The position numbers and the translations under genes were made by a program. Of a DNA stretch of 64,000 bases, positions 14,316 to 28,444 are shown piece after piece (within the stretch, counting starts at the first letter, position 1; every line of letters begins with the position of its first letter). The stretch is taken from the NCBI GenBank assembly GCA_051047955.1, contig JBPGPT010000007.1, positions 62,001 to 126,000 of the forward strand. Reading direction: 5' to 3'. This DNA comes from Cystobasidiomycetes sp. EMM_F5. Its lineage: Eukaryota. The notes beneath the pieces were generated by a model. The model searched no databases. It was given only the letters and a program-made list of their open reading frames with translations, and was not told where the DNA came from.

Positions 14316-16189
14316 ATGAATGCCATCTCGCTTCTCAGCGGGTGGTCACCAGGCAACAGTCATGCAGGCAGCAGCACTCAGCAGTCGGGGGCAGCTGCGG
14401 CAGTCCTGGACGGTGACCACGAAGATGGGCATCCACTGAGACCGCTGACGACGGGGAACGGGCAAGATATTGGACTCGCTCGAGGGACAAGCAGCCCATC
14501 GACGAGGGTGTTCACTGACAACGATGGCCAGCTGGGTGCTCGGATGGAATCAGCGTCCACGTTGGAAGCAACAAGTGCCATTATAGAACAATCACCACAC
14601 TCTGAATCGCTGTACGATGGCCTGCTCCTCTCGGAACGCGAGTATGAATCGAGAGAACGTGAAGCAGCTGCGGCCGCTTACCCCTCCCCCCCGCCAACCC
14701 CAAATCCCGATGACGATGGAATGAGCGTCCAGCGAGCACAGGATAAGCAAGATTCTCTACCTTCTTCGACATATCCCAGTGCTCCGCTGATATTAGGCAC
14801 ACGGCCACGAGCTCCCGGCGACCTCCAACACCTTGACGCTTTGTCACCTGACCCGGCTAACAAGGAGAAGTACCCAAGCGACACCAAGCATGCGCTTCTA
14901 CAAGCATCGAGCGATTTGATAGCTCGTTCTCTACCCGTACGATGTCTGGTGCGCCTATATACGCTCCTCCGGAGATTCTTTGCAGTGTTTGGGCTACGAC
15001 TACACACCCGACCCGTATCTTCGCGACAATCTCTTGGAGCGTCTCATAATAATAATAGCGCTCTGACCTCGCTCAGTCATGCTCTTCTAGCCAATGGGAT
15101 GGCTGAATCGCCATCTCATCCTAACCCGCCCATCGAACAGCCAGAACGCCCGTCACGATGGCGACCGCGCTTTGTTGGCTTTGAAAGACGTCGCAAACCG
15201 CACTCGCCAACAGTAGCCGCAAACTCAGAACCGCGTGAGTCCGAGAAAGGGCAACTGTACACTGAAAAAGGCGGTTCGGCCAATGAAGTGGGTCAAAGAC
15301 CTCTCGCTGTGCAGTCTAGTCAATCCAAGCGGACATCACTCGCTCAACTTGCCGTGTCTCGTCCAAAGACGCTAGTCTTGGATCTTGACGAGACGCTCAT
15401 ACACTCTACATCTCGGCTTGGACCGGGGTTGAACAATCTAGTCACGTCGGTCGACGGTGGTCGCACAAACTACAAGGCAGATGTCAGTAGTCTAAAAGTG
15501 CGTGTAGTAGAGGTTGTGCTCGACGGACGTAGCGTCGTCTACCACGTCTACAAGCGGCCCTGGGTAGACTTTTTCCTGCGCAAGGTGAGCTGGATGGAGG
15601 GGATGGGTCTTACATGCATGATGACCAATACTGTGGATTCAGGTATCGAAATGGTATACTGTCATTATATTTACAGCTTCTATGCAAGAGTATGCGGATC
15701 CGGTCATCGACTGGCTGGACCCTGGGCACGCCATCTTTCACTCGCGTCTGTTTCGCGAGTCGTGCACGTACATGAATGGCTCGTACGTCAAGGATTTGAG
15801 CATCATCGACAATGACCTCGGCAGGGTGTGCCTCGTCGACAACTCGCCCGTCAGCTTTGCCAAGCATCAGGGTGAGCGAATGTTGCACATATAAAGGGTG
15901 CGAACAAGGTCTCATGATGTGATTTGTCCTAGCCAATGGCATACCTATCGAGGGCTGGATTAACGATCCAAATGACGAAGCTCTGCTGGATCTGCTTCCG
16001 ATGCTCGACAGCCTCCGCTTCACAAACGATGTACGGCATATTTTGGGACTGAGACTGGCGAGCACGTCGACTGTCCTTCCGAGTGCGTCACTCAAGGTTC
16101 GGCGGCCTGGGCGCGATGCGGCATCTCCTTCTCCGCTTGCAGCAGCAGCAGTTTCCAGTAATGTATCGTTGGATGTGAAGGTGTCTTGA
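14316..16189 (+). CDS. NEM1: NIF/FCP1-like HAD phosphatase, Nem1/Dullard type
   Basis: [14 protein letters not shown] catalytic motif, [68 protein letters not shown], with a long disordered N-terminus. Confidence 0.8.
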
Positions 16190-16759
16190 GTTGTCGATAG
16201 TTTGGCAGCGAATCAATAACGAGCATGTAACGATAGCGTGTACGAGGTGTTAAGGAGCGGAAAGCGTGTAGCGTTGAAGAGCATGTCCAGTTGCAAGTTG
16301 CGGTTTTCGTGAATGCAACCCACCATCACCACAACCCAAGAGCGGTAACTTTCATCTCGAGCCAGGCCAATATCGATGGTGACAGTGCGCCGTGCTCAGT
16401 TGATGGCCATCCATGTCCAGTCCAATGAGTCCAACGAAACCAATCTCATTTGAAGGTCTGTTTAATTGCCAGCTGATGGGCTACGAGCAACTGCTGCCTG
16501 CTGATGTGCTGACTAACTCACTGACCAGTCTATCGCTGACTGCCCATCTCTGACGCTGATGACTGCCATTTTGCAGCTGACTTGCAAGTGTCGCCATTCT
16601 GGCGTTTATCGGCGTGCGACCTCGGTAAAAAGACGCCAAAGATGCAAAGATAAACGCAAGCGAGCAGTAAGAAAGGCGAGTGAGTAAGTTCGGATGGACG
16701 ACGAGGGATGAGGCTGTCCCATTGTTGTCCTTGGACTGCTACCGCATCCACCGTAAACC

Positions 16760-17645
16760 ATGGCAGCTGCTGCAGTCCTGCCCGTCACTGCAGATGGACA
16801 CCTACCACACACCCCTTCACTCGCTCAAGTCTCAAATACTCTGGCTGTCGCTCAACCCCCCTTGCTATCCCGCTTACCGCCAGTCCTCGTCGCGGACCCA
16901 GAGCATCTCCCTCGACCTCTCTCTCCGCCCACGTACGTCGGCTACACCACATCCCACCTACCTTCAATAGACGTCGACTCTCTGGCATTACATTACGCAC
17001 TCTACAAGTTTCATGCAGTAGCTCCAGACTATGCTACCAGGCCCTATCAGGACGCCTTCAACTGGTCAGACATCCAACTGCCAGAAGATGTCGAACGCGA
17101 GTGGTAAGCGATGTTTTACTCGATGTCGATATCTACAAATGCCGTGCTGATTGCTGTGGTCACCAGGTACATTGTCGCTTTCCGAAGCAAGAGGCGGCCT
17201 GATGCAAACACAGAATGGCTGTATGCGGCAGACAGGGAAGCCCATGAAGAGGCAGTGACGGCTGGAGGGCTATTGTTATACTGGTCAGTCAGTCCCGCAT
17301 GCGTTGGTTGCAGCTTCAGAATTGACGAAGGCGTCTCGGTCTGCCATGTCAAACAGGTACGGCGCAGTCGACGAGAACGGCCAGAACTTGGCGACTTGCA
17401 TCTGGCAGTCACGGCAGCATGCATTGTTGGCCAATCGAAATCCAAAGCACGTCGTGGCAGCGAGGTTGGCATCGGTAAGCAAAATTGATCAACTTTACAT
17501 CAGGACGCTTGCCTGACGATAGTTTTGACAATGCGCCCAGTCAACCTACGAGACCTATAACTTGGAGCGCTATGTACTGCGCAAGCGAAAGGGCTCCCAG
17601 GACGTGAGCGTTGAAACATGGACAGGTGGAGATGTTGGGTTTTGA
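16760..17645 (+). CDS. Conserved fungal uncharacterised protein (UPF0643-like)
   Basis: Four spliced exons reading YIVAFRSKRR...LYAADREAHEEA...GGLLLYW(YG)...NLATCIWQSRQHA...YETYNLERYVLRK. Family assignment is from memory. Confidence 0.7.
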
Positions 17646-17845
17646 AGCGGAGACTGCTCACAATATTTCGCAATAATCATAGCATGCAGTACGCAGGGTA
17701 GTATCGCGAGTTGGCGCATGTTGTTGAGACTCGCACATCGCATTGAATGCATCATTTCGGTACTTGTATATCGGTCCTTTCCGTTATACCCATTCTGGCA
17801 AGCCGGTCACCACTCAGTCGCAGCTGCCTCCAAGCTTTGCGAGTC

Positions 17846-18677
17846 ATGTCGAGTCTGCAGGATGCCATCGCATTCACGTCGTCGCTAGATTTGTCGCAAC
17901 TTCTCTTCTTCCAGGCATGTCTCTCGACGTTGGCCGCAGTTTCCGCGAGCCCTGCCTACAACCTCCCGCTGGCTTTATATGGCTTATATGTGCGTTTATG
18001 AACGCTTTCACTATTTAAATATCCTGTCGTTTTGACCGTTTTGTCCCGCAGGTCGTCGAAAAGGGTTCAGGTGAAACGCTCAGACGGTTTGCAGTGCTGT
18101 ATGGCTTTACAATCCTTCTGGATCTATGGGTAAGCTGGCTGATAGCGCGCATAACTTCTTAGTCTTCATCTTTGCAGTCGGACTCCGCTGATCATTGATC
18201 CCACAGTGGCTCACAGGCTCACACGATGCCTCGACCCTGGGTTACCTCATTGTACTCATCAACTTCTTCGCAAAGCCCGTCACACTGTTGGCTACAGTCT
18301 CCAATCTCCGCACTCAAGGTCTGCCAACGATGGGCAACATCAGCATCGGCGGAAACGATCAAGCGTCTGCTCAGCGACGCGGCACTACAGGTATTGACGG
18401 CTGTTTCAACCAAGAGCAAGAAAAGCACGCTGACATGGATAAACTACCCACAGTCTGGTCTGCAGACGACAGCGGGCCGTATCAAGCCGTAGATGAACTG
18501 GATGAAGAAGCAGATATTCCGCAGCGGCCAGCGCCGACGTCTTACCAACAACAGTCCCTACCACCACAACGTCATCAACCTCTCATGCAGAACACCCAGC
18601 CAATATCGACGCAACCACCTCCGCGGCCCTCCAACCATACTCGGGAAGGCAGCGGCGGATATCATACTCTCGGATAA
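17846..18677 (+). CDS. Small multi-pass membrane protein with P/Q-rich tail (AGTRAP-like pattern)
   Basis: Exons joined by GT-AG introns give hydrophobic segments (LLFFQACLSTLAAV, YNLPLALYGLY, FAVLYGFTILLDLW, LGYLIVLINFFAKP) and a tail ending GGYHTLG. Confidence 0.6.
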
Positions 18678-18728
18678 AGCAGGCTTTACTCGATGATGGT
18701 TGCATCAAGGGACATTCTGGAAAGCAGC

Positions 18729-20729
18729 TTAGCATCGTGCAGCGTGACTAGCCCAGTCGGCAGTAAGCAATCTAGTCATTGCTCTACATACGCACGGAGG
18801 GATAGCAAGTCAAATCGGCTCCAAGCGAAGAATGGGGAAACGGCAGACCGTACCTAACGATGCCTCGGATATGCTTCTCCTCGTGCACTGAAGCCGTGAC
18901 AACGACACCGGCACTCAGAGAAAAGGCCAGGCGCTCAACGGTGACCGCAATGTTGTCGTTCGTCAGGATATTCATCGGCAGTATATCCTCTAAGATTGCG
19001 TAGAGTGCTCGCGGAGCGACAAATAGAGCCATCTCGCCTCGCCTTCTCTTGTTCTCGATGAGAACAGACTATGTCATGCATCTTATCAGTATATGTCACA
19101 GCATTTACAAACTCAGCCCCTCACAAAGCCAGACAGGAAGGTACCAAGCAGCATCGCTAAACCGCCGTCCCCTGTCAGGTGTGAGACTGATCAGTTGCTG
19201 GCCATCGTCGTTGTATTTCATAGCCTACAAATTTGCTGATTCTTGATCAATTTCGGTCCAACCCTGGTGCGTCCGAAGCAGACTCCAAACCAGACCAAGC
19301 CGACGAAGCTCGCTAGAAACGCAGAAGACCGAGCTGACCCGAATGCAGCACGGTACAGTGCAGTTCTTGGCGATGCTGATAAGCGGGATCTTGCAAGAAT
19401 GAGTGGCAGGAAGTGGACCTTGCATCCAAAAGCGCGATGATCAGCATGCGGAGCAGCTCCGTGCCTAGAATACGTACAGGGATGTACAATGCCAGACCTT
19501 GCCCGAAAGCAATTGCCCATCTCGTTACAATATTGACTTCACAATGTCGACTAGCCACCAAGGGCCCATGAACGACTTCGCACGGAAAGGCAGAAATCTG
19601 GCGGGGCGGCTTAGGCATTCGACGGCTTGTAGCAGGGCAAGAGAGCGTGCGGACCTTATCTGGCATGCCTGCGTCGCCTCTACAACCCATGGTCGTGCAC
19701 AACGAAGGCCCGATGTTTTGGGCGGCTGCAGTATTCGGTATCTGACCGTACACCCACTCCCTGTCCTTCGCTAATCGTAGAAGCTCAAGTAGCCTGCCAT
19801 CGATCTTTGCGAGCGAATGAATCCATCTGATTGCGGCAGCCTCAGCAGCCATACGAGTATACGGATACCCTCGTTCGAGCAACCTACCGGTCATAGCTTG
19901 GTGGGAGGAGCCACGGCTTGTAGAACCAGACCCACATGATTCTCCATGAGGCAAGTATGAAAAGGGAAGTATCGCCAATCCGAGCCAATACGTTGACCAG
20001 CTTGTTTGGCTTGGAGTTTGCGTAAACTGCTCTGATGGCAGTATCGGCAGCGCGAACTAGGAGAAAGAGGGTAAAGTCGAGGGTAGAGCTGTCATAGCGT
20101 TTTCCGTGAGCGGGGACGGGCAATGCGAGCGCATTGTCAGGCAAGGAATCGCTTCCTAGCGATACAAGTGGGAGTTGCGACAGCGGTGTCTTTGGTGACG
20201 ATGGCCTGGCTTGCAACGAGAATGCGCAAGCGGCGGACAAGGAAGTGGAAAGGAAGGTAGACAGGAGCCGGATGCGATGGCGGTGTGAAGAATCCATCAG
20301 TTCTATCGCAATATCGTCCGCATTGTTTGCGGCAGTCAAACGGCGGGACTTTTTACGGAGCCATAGACGACAGAGAGCGCGTAGGATAACACCGTCTAGC
20401 CATGATGCCCCGCCTAAACCAACGCCAAAGAAGAGTGCCAGACTTCGACGCTGGAAAGCTGCGTCAACCAGAACCCGGTATGCCCTTTGCAGCACAAAGC
20501 GGGCGACGCTCGTCAACCTGCGCTTCCTGGCAGCAATTACAGCCGCAAAGAGTATACGCCCAAGTGCGGGCAGCGTCTCGATGGCATACCCAAAGGCAGC
20601 ACCGCGCAGAAACGTCGAGGTGCTGTGGTGCCGGTCGCGCCAATAATCCCGGCGGATGGCTCTCAGCAGATTGACGTGGAAAGCGGGCAGCTCAGCCTGC
20701 TGCTCAGGCTTCCTGTCATCCGCAGTCAT
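18729..20729 (-). CDS. Integral membrane protein, TMEM135/Tim17-Pmp24-like
   Basis: TLDFTLFLLVRAAD, RIMWVWFYKPWLLPPSYDRWI, PCEVVHG, ARSSAFLASFVGLVWFGVCFGRT, RRGEMALFVAPRAL. Confidence 0.65.
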
Positions 20730-20856
20730 CAGATCCTGTCATGGCCCGAGTTTGATGGTGCGGAGACGCAGTCGTCGAATACAATAACAAGTCTCTGTAT
20801 GACCCTTTCTAGCCCTTGAAACACCGTCCCGCTGACCTCTGAGATGTCTCTCTAAT

Positions 20857-23800
20857 TCAAAATCGTTTCCGCAAGGAACTTCTTGATCTTGGACGCCTGG
20901 GTTGAACCCCGCCGAGGTCGGGCGCGTCTCGGCTTATACATATATGAGAGGTCGTATAGTGCCTGCAGACCAGGGCCTTTGCGTCAGTCTAGCTTCGTGC
21001 ACCTGTACTCCAGTGCAGCTCACATCATCATCCAGGTTGTACACGGGCAGGTCCAGTATGTCGCTGCAGGCTGTCACTGCAGGGCGTTCCACGTCAGAGT
21101 ATTTCGTACATCCAATCGTCACTTCGCAGTGCTTTGCAACCTGCCGCATCTTTGTCCAATTCACAGCCCCATCACACATATCTGGTTTCCCTTCGTGCAG
21201 CCTCGTGACGTCCTGCAGGTGCACTCCACTTAGGGGGCAAAAGCAACATTAGTGGCATAATCTGCTACAGAACCGGATGAAGTGCATGTCATTTACAGAT
21301 AAGGTATCATATCCGGCCGTGCGTTGCCAATCGCCAGGCGATAAGCAGCAAAAGATCGTGTTGCTGACATCAGTCGATTGAGACTTTCCAACCGCTTGCC
21401 TAATTGTTGATCCAGGGTATCGTGAGCGACAAGTCGGTGCACAGGCTGCGAGTTCAGTCCAAGTAGTATCGCCACTGCCAACTTGAATTAGATTGATGAG
21501 AACCACACGTCCGAAAGTGTCGACTCACTTAGACAATCAAAATTATCAGCTTCTCGCAGCTTCATAGCTATTCTGACCAGAAGCTCATAAGCCTTGATTC
21601 GGAGCCTTGGTTTTGGCTGCACGAGTATCACGGTAGCCACCCTAAAGGTGAATTTTAAGTCGCAGTGTCTGCCTTACTTTCTCCCGACTGACCAGTCTGA
21701 CAAGTAGTTGCCGAGGCTAATCACCTTGCTGACAGGGCCATCTGCATCCCGTATTGGCGCAGCAGCCGGATCATCAGGATCTCGGGGAGCTAATACGTAA
21801 CGCAAGATGTCTCGCGGCTGAAGTTCAGTTTTGAGCGTTGCGATGATCGTGATTCAGAAGCTGTAAGACCGCTTACACCGATACGGGAAAACAGCTGCTT
21901 TGCACGATACGTAATATATTCAGCAGTAGCCGACGGCTCCTGCAGCATCAGTCGGGAAGCTGAATCAACCAGAATGATATGACGTTGTCCTGGGCTCAAT
22001 TTGTGAGCAGCAGATCGTGCAAGCGGTCTTCTATCGTCGGGGTAAAATCCGTTTGGGGATGTCAGTAGTGTCGCAAACCGAGCTTTGCGCTCTTCGTTCG
22101 TTCCACCACGGCGGCTGACAAGTGGCGTAAGGTGACCTGTAAAAGCGTTACTAAGCACAATAAATATGATGAGCGGTAAGAACACAATGTAGGTACCAGA
22201 GATATCCGTCAAAGTGCTAGTGTCCGAAATCAGCGAGGGCACGAGGCTCGGAGCCAAGCTTGGTCGGCGTTCCTCGACGGCAGTGGACTGCTCTGTGAGA
22301 GCATCAGCAGCTGCATCTCCGTTGTCAGGGAGCCCCCAAGCTGTGTCGGTCTCCGTGGTGCAATCGATTCTTCCAAAGCGACGCTGCCACGGAATGCCCT
22401 GGATGGTGTTGCGGATGTGCGGAAGTTCATACAACTGCGTTAACGTTCTCCCGAGAAGTGCCCGAGAACAGGCTGATGTAAAGTCATGCGGATATGAATC
22501 CGTCCAGGAGGAAAGAAAGTGAAGTAGCCTGTGCACAAGGTCTTTACGTGATTCTTTCTGCCGATATGGTACGCTTACTTCGATACAGTGTACGCGATCA
22601 ACAGTGGCGCCTTCCTCTGGCGGGCAGCAATCGACATGACTCTTGCGCCCAACGCCGTGAGGACACTGCGTAAAATGGTGGTTCAGACTCATTTGCGCCC
22701 GAGCACTAGTGGCACTTACTCGTGCGGTGTGGTAAATCGCCGGTAAATAATTAGGAAGTGCTGTACGAAGCCATCATCTACGGCGATTGTTAGACCGACC
22801 CATCTGCCGACCTGAAACACCTACCATTACTGGTCACTGCTGTATATAGTGCCTTCTGAATGATCACTGGTATGGCAAGATAAACGTCTGACAGACTATA
22901 CTGCATAAGCGACCTTGCAAGTTCTGCATCATGCGTGCTGCTGTTCGAAGAGATGATTGCGCGCTTAGCTACCTCTGCCGCATCTTCTCCTGGTTTGTCG
23001 TGAGTGCTGTGTAGCGAGTGTGTAGCGATATCTCTGACTGTGCGGGTTCTTTGATGATTGCTAGGCGATTGGGGCCCGTAAGCTGAATGTCCAGCTAGTA
23101 GGGCGTTGATCAGCAAGCGCTTCCGTGTCAGTTCGATGTGACTAACCTCTGCTGTTTATGATCTTTCGCAGAATCCATTGCAGACTGTTCTTAGCCTTCC
23201 TTCCTGGATCATCAGCGCCTCCATCCAAATGTACGAGACCAGCACCGTCTGTAACGTGTCAGGAGCTAGAACGATCAGGTTGCAGAACGCATGATAATGA
23301 AGGCAAACTGACGAATATTGCACATCTCCGCAGCCTTGTCACCTTCCGGCTTTGGCGAAACGGGGCCTGCGGGCTTGCATTGCGTTGCAAGCGCGATGAT
23401 GGCTATGCCCCCTCTGGTCCAGAACCCGCCTACGTAGAATTGTATCAGCCAGAAAAAATCGGCTGGACGCTTGAAAATCAATTACGCAGCATTGATCGCA
23501 AATCATCAAGAGCGCCTGCTGCACCGTGTTTGAAGCTGGATAGGCATCATTAAGCTTGAATATGCTGCATAGCTGAGAACACACCAGATCATAGCCCCAT
23601 CGGGCTTGGGCAGATACGGTGGCCAGACCAAGCCTTCGGTATCGAAGCGGAGTATGTCCATATCGACCTCCAAGGTTTCTATCGTTCGCGACATTCCCAA
23701 TACTGCGAACACACCTTCATACGATACCACGCGATTGCCTCGATCATCCTCGTATAGTACTCGGCTCCGCTTGCTGGACTGTTTAAGGTTTGATTCAATG

Positions 23801-26071
23801 ATGGTGGTCTTGCCCACTCGCTTTGGGCCAACGATCTGATGGCAACCATTAGTATGAACCTTGCGACTAGCCTCATGAAGTATGATTGACTTACAGCAAT
23901 AACGAAGTCAGCAGTGGAGGTGCGTGGTGACTGTCCAATGCCTTCGTGGTTAGCAGTCTCATCTACCTAATTGGTCGCGATAACTGTACTCACGGTCAGC
24001 TGCTTTAGCAGGTTACTTGAAGAATCACTCCTTGGCCGCGGCATGTGCGTTGACATCACTGCAGTCATCGGGCCTTTCCATACTCTAGTAGTGGAAGATG
24101 CATCTGGAGTGTCAGGGAACAACGAAGTATTGATCGGTCTTGGGCGGTGTTTGACCGTATTGAAGGCATGGCTGTCACTATAGCTACGCAGACGGGTATG
24201 GACTAGAGGCGAGAGCAGATGTGGCGCTGCATGATCAGACTGTCCATCTACAGCGTCATTTCGGCTGGCAAGAGGCATTGCTGTCCGTGGCGTTGTTGGC
24301 ATTGTACTCGCACCTTCATCTGCATTTCTAGCAGCTGGAGAGCAGTCAATGCCATGATCTGCAAGTATTGGGGATACAGCAGTGTTTGGCGGCGTTTTTT
24401 TGGCACATGTGCCGGTGGTCCCGAACTCGTCCTTGACCAGGGCTGCAGTCGATGATGTGACAATGGTCTCGGGAAAATGAATCGGTCGGTCACTCCTGTT
24501 GGACATCATCGAAGCAGCCATGCCGCTTGTGGAAGATCGTGTATTCCGTATGTGCGCAGAGCTGGGCCTACTGACCGTTATCCTTGCACTCGGGGCACGA
24601 TCCGGTGTTAGCATATGTGCACTTGTCGTAGGACATCGAGGACCATCCCCGTCAGCCTCGTCGCCGATGTTTAGTAAACCGTCGTAGCCGGTGGCATATA
24701 ACAAGCGGGCAGAAGTTAGAGACAGATCACTGACTGAGGCCGAAGCTATACTGCTGACGTCCGTGTCAGAGTAAGCATCATCGCTCTCTTCGACGACTCC
24801 CTCAATTAGGCGTGGCTGAGTCACAAAATCTGTATTGTCATTGTTTGTCGACATTGCCGTATACAAGGCGACAGTCGGAGTTCGACTTCCGCTCCGCGAT
24901 GTAGATAGGTTTGCGAGCGATGGTTTTGCTGACCTCTGACGTCTGCGCATTCGAGACAAGTCATGAACGAAATTCTCGCCAGCGTTCCAAGGTGCCGAAG
25001 TCTCCAATTCCCGTCTGCGTGCAGCTACAGGCATGGGAGCAAGCTCAGCCGTGTCGTGCGGGATATGGATGGTTGTGCTGGGTACGAATGCCGCTTCATT
25101 CGGAAATCTGGCCTTTGGAAACTGTCCCTCCGTGCTTCCGGATGGTAGAGAGGGGGTTTGCAAGACTTCTTGTCGGGCAGATTGAGATGTGGAGGCCGAA
25201 GAGATGGACAAACGTCGCATGGTCTTCTTTGTCTTGAGAATCACAGTATTCTGTGGCACCGCTCCATCCTCGTCGATAAATTTGCGGGCGGTATGCGGCA
25301 ATGAGAAGCTGGTCCGAGACCCATCGCTGCTCTTCTCGCGAACCGACTGAGCCAAAGACGGTCGGGAAGCGGGAGGCTCGCTGAGCTCTGTCGTTGTCTT
25401 CACTTGCCTCTCGCCCGGTCGTCTGCGTGCAGTATTGCCCGCTATTGAAGCAGGAGCGGCGGCAGTGTGCAAGCGTGCCGAAAGGGACTTCCAAATGTAT
25501 TTTATATCACTACGGGAGGCTGGGAAAGCTGATGGTCTGCCTGCTGGGACGTGTATGATGTCGAGATCGGCTTGCATCGCATTACGTGATGCAGACCTTA
25601 AGGACTCGGCACTGGCGGCCTTCCGAATCCGCTTTTCCTTGCTGGAGCTAGTCTTGCTGTTCCAGCTGGCGAGGGACGTGGGAGAGAGGGTCGGATCGGA
25701 CGTGTCATCGTACGCACCTCTAAGCGGCGCGGGCTTGGCCAAACTGGGGATTGCCTTGTCTCGGGGCCTGAGGAGGACAAAGACATACAAAAAGCACACG
25801 CGAGGTATTAGTATGTACTCGATAGTTGCGTTCCCCATCTTGCAGGACCGATCACTCACGCTCGGCGGAGTCCGTCGCCATCAGCATGCAGCCTACGGGC
25901 GAGCGAGTTTGGCTGACTTGCTGCATTGAACTGGATGATAGAGCCCCTCGTTTGCGACTGGGACGATGTAGCGTGCAATGGGTTTTCCAAAGACAGAACG
26001 GCCAGCAGCTCGTCCGGGAGTGCCGGCAGATTGCGCTGGTCGAGCGCATCGGGGGCTGATGGCTTGCTCAT
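20857..26071 (-). CDS. Ras guanine-nucleotide exchange factor (REM and CDC25 domains) with a long disordered N-terminus and an internal P-loop GTPase-like domain
   Basis: REM-like GFVQHFLIIYRRF and RLLHFLSSWTDSYPHDF. CDC25-like MAVAILLGLNSQPVHRL...FAAYR...IPYLSV and VNWTKMR. P-loop-like IVGPKRVGKTT. Start codon uncertain. Confidence 0.75.
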
Positions 26072-26717
26072 TTGAGAGCGTACACGAGAGTGTCCGATGT
26101 CGATATCTTCAGGCCTTGAATCTGATTGATATGCTATTCGAGTCTTCAAGATGTCCCTCGAAACCAGGCGAGCACCTGCGACATTAGCAACAATCACGAG
26201 CGATTTCAGTCATGGATGGCATCGTATGCAGCAGTCTGGCCATGAGTGTGTTAGGATATCGCAAGACTGGCTGCCTTTCCAACTTCATTCGCAGCACGCT
26301 TCTGCCATCGAAAGCCGGTGCGACTCAAAAGCTGGAGGAATAACGGCGAGAAGGCAGCCGTTGGGTCAGGAATCCGCAAGTGAACAGCTTCTTGCAACGA
26401 GCGATACCGTTATTATTATTGATGCACGTCTTGCTCGCAGACTGCTCGAGTCTCTGGGTTGGAGGCTCCTCACTTTACGCGAAGAGTATGCCGAGAAAGA
26501 CCGGGCGGGCCGCCGTTCCGAGTGGATAAATAACAGCCAAGGCGGGTGATGTATTCAAGAGCTCGCACATCGTAATGCCCCGCACCCGCTGACGAGAAGG
26601 CTAATGAAAGATCGAGAGAAGCCAGAAGCCAGACCTTTTGATTTGCCTTCTCCGCTTTCTCCAGCTCAAAACCTGCTTTTTGCTGATTTCAGACAAGAAC
26701 CCATTAAAGGACACAAC

Positions 26718-28168
26718 ATGATCTTTGATCTATCCACTCCCCTTTCCTGCATCCTTCTCTTCGTCCCAGTTCTCACTTGGGCAACCCCCGTTCCTCCCAT
26801 CCGCCTGTACGCTCGTCAAGCTACCGGAAGTACGAACAGCAGCAAGTATGCCAATTGTACGTATAGATGACAATAGCAATTAGTATTCTGTTGGCTGACG
26901 CGTTGGATTGACCTCTAGGGCCAACGTACGATGCACTTCCACTGAACAAATCAGCACCTTTTAAGGCAGCCTGGGGCGTATGGGTAGGCCGCAATCCACG
27001 ACTATTAGATGCTAAAACGAGTGCTTACAGCCTTTAAAAATCTAGAGCGCAGACGATCAGTATGGAGCGCTAAACCACATAACAAACGATACAATCTTGA
27101 AAGCCGCTCAATCTGAAATCAAGTTGGGACGAGCAATCAACCTCAACTTGCTCCTCGACGACCCCTTCCCGCCTTTCAACCCCAACCGCCGTCCACTCGT
27201 GAGTAGAATGTACAGTCCCACACAATAGTCCGCTGACATGGTACCCTGCTCCATACAGACACATTCTATTCTACCTTTTGATGGCTACCAGGACGATCAA
27301 CTTGTTTTCAACACCCAAGTCTCTACGCAATACGACGGACTCCGTCATTTCCCGTATTCTACGAATGGCGATTATCGGACGTATCAGTTCTACAACAACT
27401 TGCTGAGTGAGTCGATTCAAATTATATGTAGACTGAATATCAGCTCATGAGCGAGTGCGTTGCAAGCCTTTGAACAGCTGCTTTCGCCCGAACAGGTCGA
27501 TGGACCAACCCTGGGTATACAAAACTCTGCAAATTACGGTATTGCAGGAAAGGGTGTTTTGTTTGACTGGGCCGGCTGGATGGAGTCGACAGGTCAGAAC
27601 TACAGTGCATTCTCGAACAGATCTATTCCCGTTTCCGAACTCGAGCAGGTCGCGACCTGGCAGGGTCTCAATGTCACACAAGCATTTGCTGATCCCGGAG
27701 CTTGGCTTGTCGTCCGAACTGGCGTCACGAAGGCATATAGAAACCTATCAACGTATCAGCAGGAAATTCTACCTTATGGCAGTGGAGACTCGGTCGGAGT
27801 CGCTACAAACGAAGAGACACTGCGCTGGATCTGGAGCAAGAAGATTGCGCTCGTCGGTGCCGACAGTAAGAATATCTGACAGTATCGCCATTTGCTGCTC
27901 CGGCTGACTTGCTGCACTCGATATAGACGCGGCATTCGAGGCCCTGCCATTCGGGAATGCTGCCTCCGGAAACTCGACAGCGCCAGCCAGATCACTGCAT
28001 CAGGTGCTCATAAGCGGGTGGGGCACTAGTATAGTTGAGCTTCTGGATCTCGAAGTACTGGCGAGAGTATGCGCTCAACAGCGACGCTATACGTTCTTTT
28101 TCACAATCCAAGCACTCAATGTGCTGGGAGGAGTAGCTTCGCCGCCTAACGCGATGGCCATCATGTAA
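26718..28168 (+). CDS. Putative cyclase / kynurenine-formamidase-like metal hydrolase with predicted signal peptide
   Basis: AAWGVWSADDQYGALNHI, FNTQVSTQYDGLRHFPY, GIAGKGVLFDW, LHQVLISGWG, GGVASPPNAMAIM. Hydrophobic N-terminus (ILLFVPVLTWA-TP). Confidence 0.8.
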
Positions 28169-28444
28169 GAACGAGCAGTGCTGTGACCGAGCGGAGGGAT
28201 GGTAAGACAGCAATATCGCAAGGGTGAAAGAAAGCATAAAACCACACAAACCGCGGGGAAGGAGTAGTAAAGAAAGAAGAAGATTACGCAAGGAAGGTGT
28301 ATATACGGCGTTGCAAATACCATAATCCATTTGACATGATATGGTCTTGCTCTGAGCGCGGGGCCCAACATGGCCGCGGCTGGTCGGCTATTGCATATAA
28401 ATTCTGTGTTTTGCTTTGCTCTACGCCCATCGCTGTCCAAGAAT

